This document shows, in pieces, positions 60,605 through 64,000 of a stretch of DNA of 64,000 bases. A program made the translations under genes and the position numbers. The notes below the pieces were generated by a model. The model saw nothing but the letters and a program-made list of their open reading frames with translations, did not search any database and was not told the origin of the DNA. The stretch covers positions 4,048,690-4,112,689 of the forward strand of contig JBNZDD010013678.1 in NCBI GenBank assembly GCA_050575255.1. The letters are read 5' to 3'. This stretch comes from Harriotta raleighana. Lineage: Eukaryota. The stretch's first letter is position 1. Every line of letters begins with the position of its first letter.

Positions 60605-63600
60605 CCCACACATTCCCACAAATTCATAAACCATTCGGAAATGGCATTTACAAAGAGATAGGAGATATCAGTGATAAAGATTGAGTAGAGCGAGAATCCC
60701 ATTGCTCTACCTTGTCCGAGTAACGTACATCCATTTCAGCTTTACAGAACCTTCCAAATAAAAAGTGCTTAGGAAATACAATTGCAACAAAGCTGGAATT
60801 AGACTCCAATTGGAATTATCCTCTGGCCATTCTTCATTGCAATAAAAAAGAGGACCCATCAAGATTTTCCCATGAATTGACTCATGATGCCCTTGATTCG
60901 CAATGGTTTCATAATGAGCAGTTAAGATCAGTTAGTGAATAGAGTAAATACATGTGCACAGTCATTGTAGAAAAGGCTATAAAGAAAGTCACATACGGTC
61001 AATTTTATGCCCTTTTATTTGTTGTGGTTTAGTTTTATATCCAACCTTTTCTTTTAATGAAATGAACTTTCATTTTATGCTTCCCTCTAGTCATTTGTCA
61101 TTTCTTTTTGTTTCTTGCAATGAATGTGTCACACCAATTGCAAGGATCATTGGACTATCAACGTCATTGAGCTAACATTGCAAATATGAATGCTTTGGTG
61201 CTCAACATGCATTTGTATTGAGTCGACTATTAAAATTTTCGTGGTTTGAAGTTCGACCTGTTTTTGCCTTAAAATTTAAGGTGATGCTGAATGGGAGAAA
61301 ACATTTCAATTTAGCTTTAATTTCAAGCTGCTGTTTAAAAAGAATCAGTTTCCAAATTAACACTGATTTGAAGAATTTTCCACAATCTGCCTAATCTTAA
61401 AATTTGACGAGACAGAATTTTGGGGCCTTGGAATTATCTATCAGACACCAACTCAGTGTAAGTGCATGACTGGAAAGTGGAATAGAGATATTAGTCCTCA
61501 TTAGAAACATAAGCCTCATTATACAGCCCAGTTGTTCTTACTCAATATTCCCGAGTGTGTTGGAGAGATGTCAGAGAGAGAAAAAGAGAGACACTGAGCA
61601 GAGGCTGTTACTATTCTCTGCACTAAAGCGGAATGCTTAGCTTCTCAGGCACACATTTGTGAAACTAGGTTATGTGTCCACCCCCTCCCTCAGTCCTTCA
61701 TTAATACCTGAGGGAAATCCTAAAGAAAACACAGAAAACAATGAAACTAAAGTATTGAAGTGATTTTTCGTGGGTCAGATCTTTCTTTTTTACTGAAGGA
61801 AATACAATTATTTTCCCCCGAGAGATGCTTTTTTGGAGTATTCTGAAAATATTTTTTCAATTGTGGGAACTTTTCAGTAGGTAGCATTTGTATGTTATAT
61901 TTACATTGCCCCCAAATATGGACCGTGATCATTGTGATTTGCTTATCTACACAGTGGGTGCAAATGATTCAACAAATCAACATCAATATTTCCATCATTT
62001 CATATGATCACTCCCGAAATGGTACAATTCAGATAGTACAGATCAGATCTCTAGATCTTCTAGAATGGATCAAATGCTATTTGACAATCATTAGCCTGTA
62101 GGCTCTCATTTTCATGTCATCTCTCTTCCTGGGCCATTACAACAGCAGTTTAAATTTCCAGGACAAAACTGGCAAAGATTTAGCCTCAGTATTTGCTTTG
62201 CCTTCATAACAATGTTCTATCATTTCTAAATCAATGTTATTTTCAAAGCACTTCAAGATGTTTATTTTATGTCCAAAATACTATACCAATCCTGATTATT
62301 ATAAATAGAATTGAAATCCAGCAATTAATATTGCCCCCAAATAAAATGGTCTGCATTCTCTACAAAGATGTAGCATTCTGTGCAGTTTATAAACTGTACA
62401 CAGAACCCGAGCATGATTATTTAGCTCTGCATTCTGTGAGACTTAGAGGCAGAAAAAATTTCTAGATCAATTATTTGCTTAATTGCTTGCTCAAAAAATG
62501 GTTTTAGCTACGAGAAGCAAAATTGCACCTTTACTACTATAAACGGATGAAATGATTGATTTTACTCCCTAAAATATTTGACCAATACGAGGTACTCAAC
62601 AGGTATCTTTTGTAGCAGTCACTTCATTTANTAAACGGATGAAATGATTGATTTTACTCCCTAAATTATTTTACCAATACGAGGTACTCAACAGGTATCT
62701 TTTGTAGCAGTCACTTCATTTATTCTTAAATCCCTGGAATTATATTTTTAAAATTATTAACTCAAAAATTGTCTCATTTTATCTTCTCTTTACCACTTAT
62801 TTTCTAATGAAAAGTTATATTATTGACCCAATTTACAATGAATAGATTTCGCTCTATTAATGTGCTTTTAAGTGGTTAGCTATCTTCTTTACATCAAGCT
62901 GACAACCCAGTCAAATCCAGCTCAACATTAATGGCAATGGTGAAGTTAGCAATAATAATTGCAGCCGCCTTTTTAACATGTCATGCTGTCTGCTTGTTCT
63001 CCGGATTGTAATAGTCCAGTTATGGTATTAAATCAATAAAAGGCAAAGGTTACAAGATTTCCTCCCTTACTAAGGAGAATGTATGTGCAAGCTGACTGCT
63101 TGCAGTCACTTACACATAATGCAGGTATTTCTAGCTATAACAACAGCTGGATAATTGTAGAATGATTCGAAGCTACATTCATATCAAAATCTCTGGTGGT
63201 TGATGCAATGTGCTTGATAGTGTACAAGTATGAAATGTTCCCATCAGTTTGCAGCTGAGTCAATGAATGTCTAGCACCATCCAGTGGTTCAGAAAAGGGC
63301 ATGCAATCTGAATCTGGCATTGAAAATAAATATCAGTCAGACTTCTTTATTACAGTGCTCCACACCAGAAACTGCAGCACACTGCTGACATTATGCAAAG
63401 ATTTATTATTTCAGGCAGCAATGTGATGCTGCATTTTATATTACTGAGTCTGCAAGAATGATCCAATTAAGAAAAGGGTATGGCTTGCTGATTGTGTCCA
63501 CACTGAAATTCAGTGCTTCTAATCTTTAACAATCCTTGCTTTTCAAAAGACACACAGATGAATGAAAGTACAGTCTGTGAAAAGCCATCTTTAAATCAGG

Positions 63601-64000
63601 CCTTGGTGCAATCCTTGACTTTGCAATCATTATAAATGACAGATGAAATGGATACGCCGTTTCATTATTCATGTAAAATCTCGCCTTCATGTTGAGCACT
63701 TTGTGAATGGCACAGTAAATCTTCGTACCTTGTAAAAGCTTCTTCACACTATGGCTGCTTCTGAAGCAAGCATTTTTGTAATCCAACCTGAGAAAATTGT
63801 TTCAACAAAATCAACCCTAATAAGCATTTACTGTAATACGATGGTTGCTATAAAAAGTTTATGGTAGTTTTATCACTGTTAATATTTTCAGTGTTTGTAA
63901 ACTGTCATCAAATTATAAGGCTCACTTAAGATATTATTCATATTAACAACTTATAGCCATTCAAAAATAATATCAGCATCTCCGTTATTGGCACTTAAAA

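Noticed and set aside
61892-62101. ORF containing IISYDHSR, resembling the receptor PTP motif NRYGNIISYDHSRV
   Set aside because: Flanking residues do not match a PTP domain and there are no splice signals at expected positions; treated as chance
62540-62722. 91-bp tandem duplication with 2 mismatches
   Set aside because: The copies abut a single N (62631); most likely a contig-end or haplotype overlap
1-64000. CRISPR arrays, operons, rRNA or endogenous viral ORFs
   Set aside because: No repeat-spacer array, long ORF or rRNA signature was seen; the window is eukaryotic non-coding DNA

Overview
AT-rich vertebrate non-coding DNA. The repeat content suggests a cartilaginous fish, most plausibly a chimaera such as the elephant shark; this is inferred from repeat families only. 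No protein-coding gene or multi-exon ORF is recognisable: the listed ORFs are short and either chance or repeat-derived. The window looks like a very large intron or gene desert. It carries about 25 copies or fragments of tRNA-headed SINEs with L2-type tails, Deu-type SINE relics, L2 and CR1 LINE fragments, one intact TA-flanked pogo/Tigger-like MITE, a TSD-flanked Penelope-like mini-element with a hammerhead-ribozyme core, and minisatellites. Several long repeat-free, motif-dense blocks resemble conserved developmental enhancers. The best leads are two frame-preserving microexon candidates near 13.3-13.5 kb, the hammerhead mini-element, a modular chimeric SINE family, an unassigned three-copy repeat, a 30-bp-stem hairpin, and clusters of RFX, nuclear-receptor and CTCF motifs. 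I found nothing I can confidently call a new biological system. Conservation and expression claims are inferences that need alignment or RNA-seq. Repeat boundaries are read by eye and approximate unless TIR or TSD coordinates are given.
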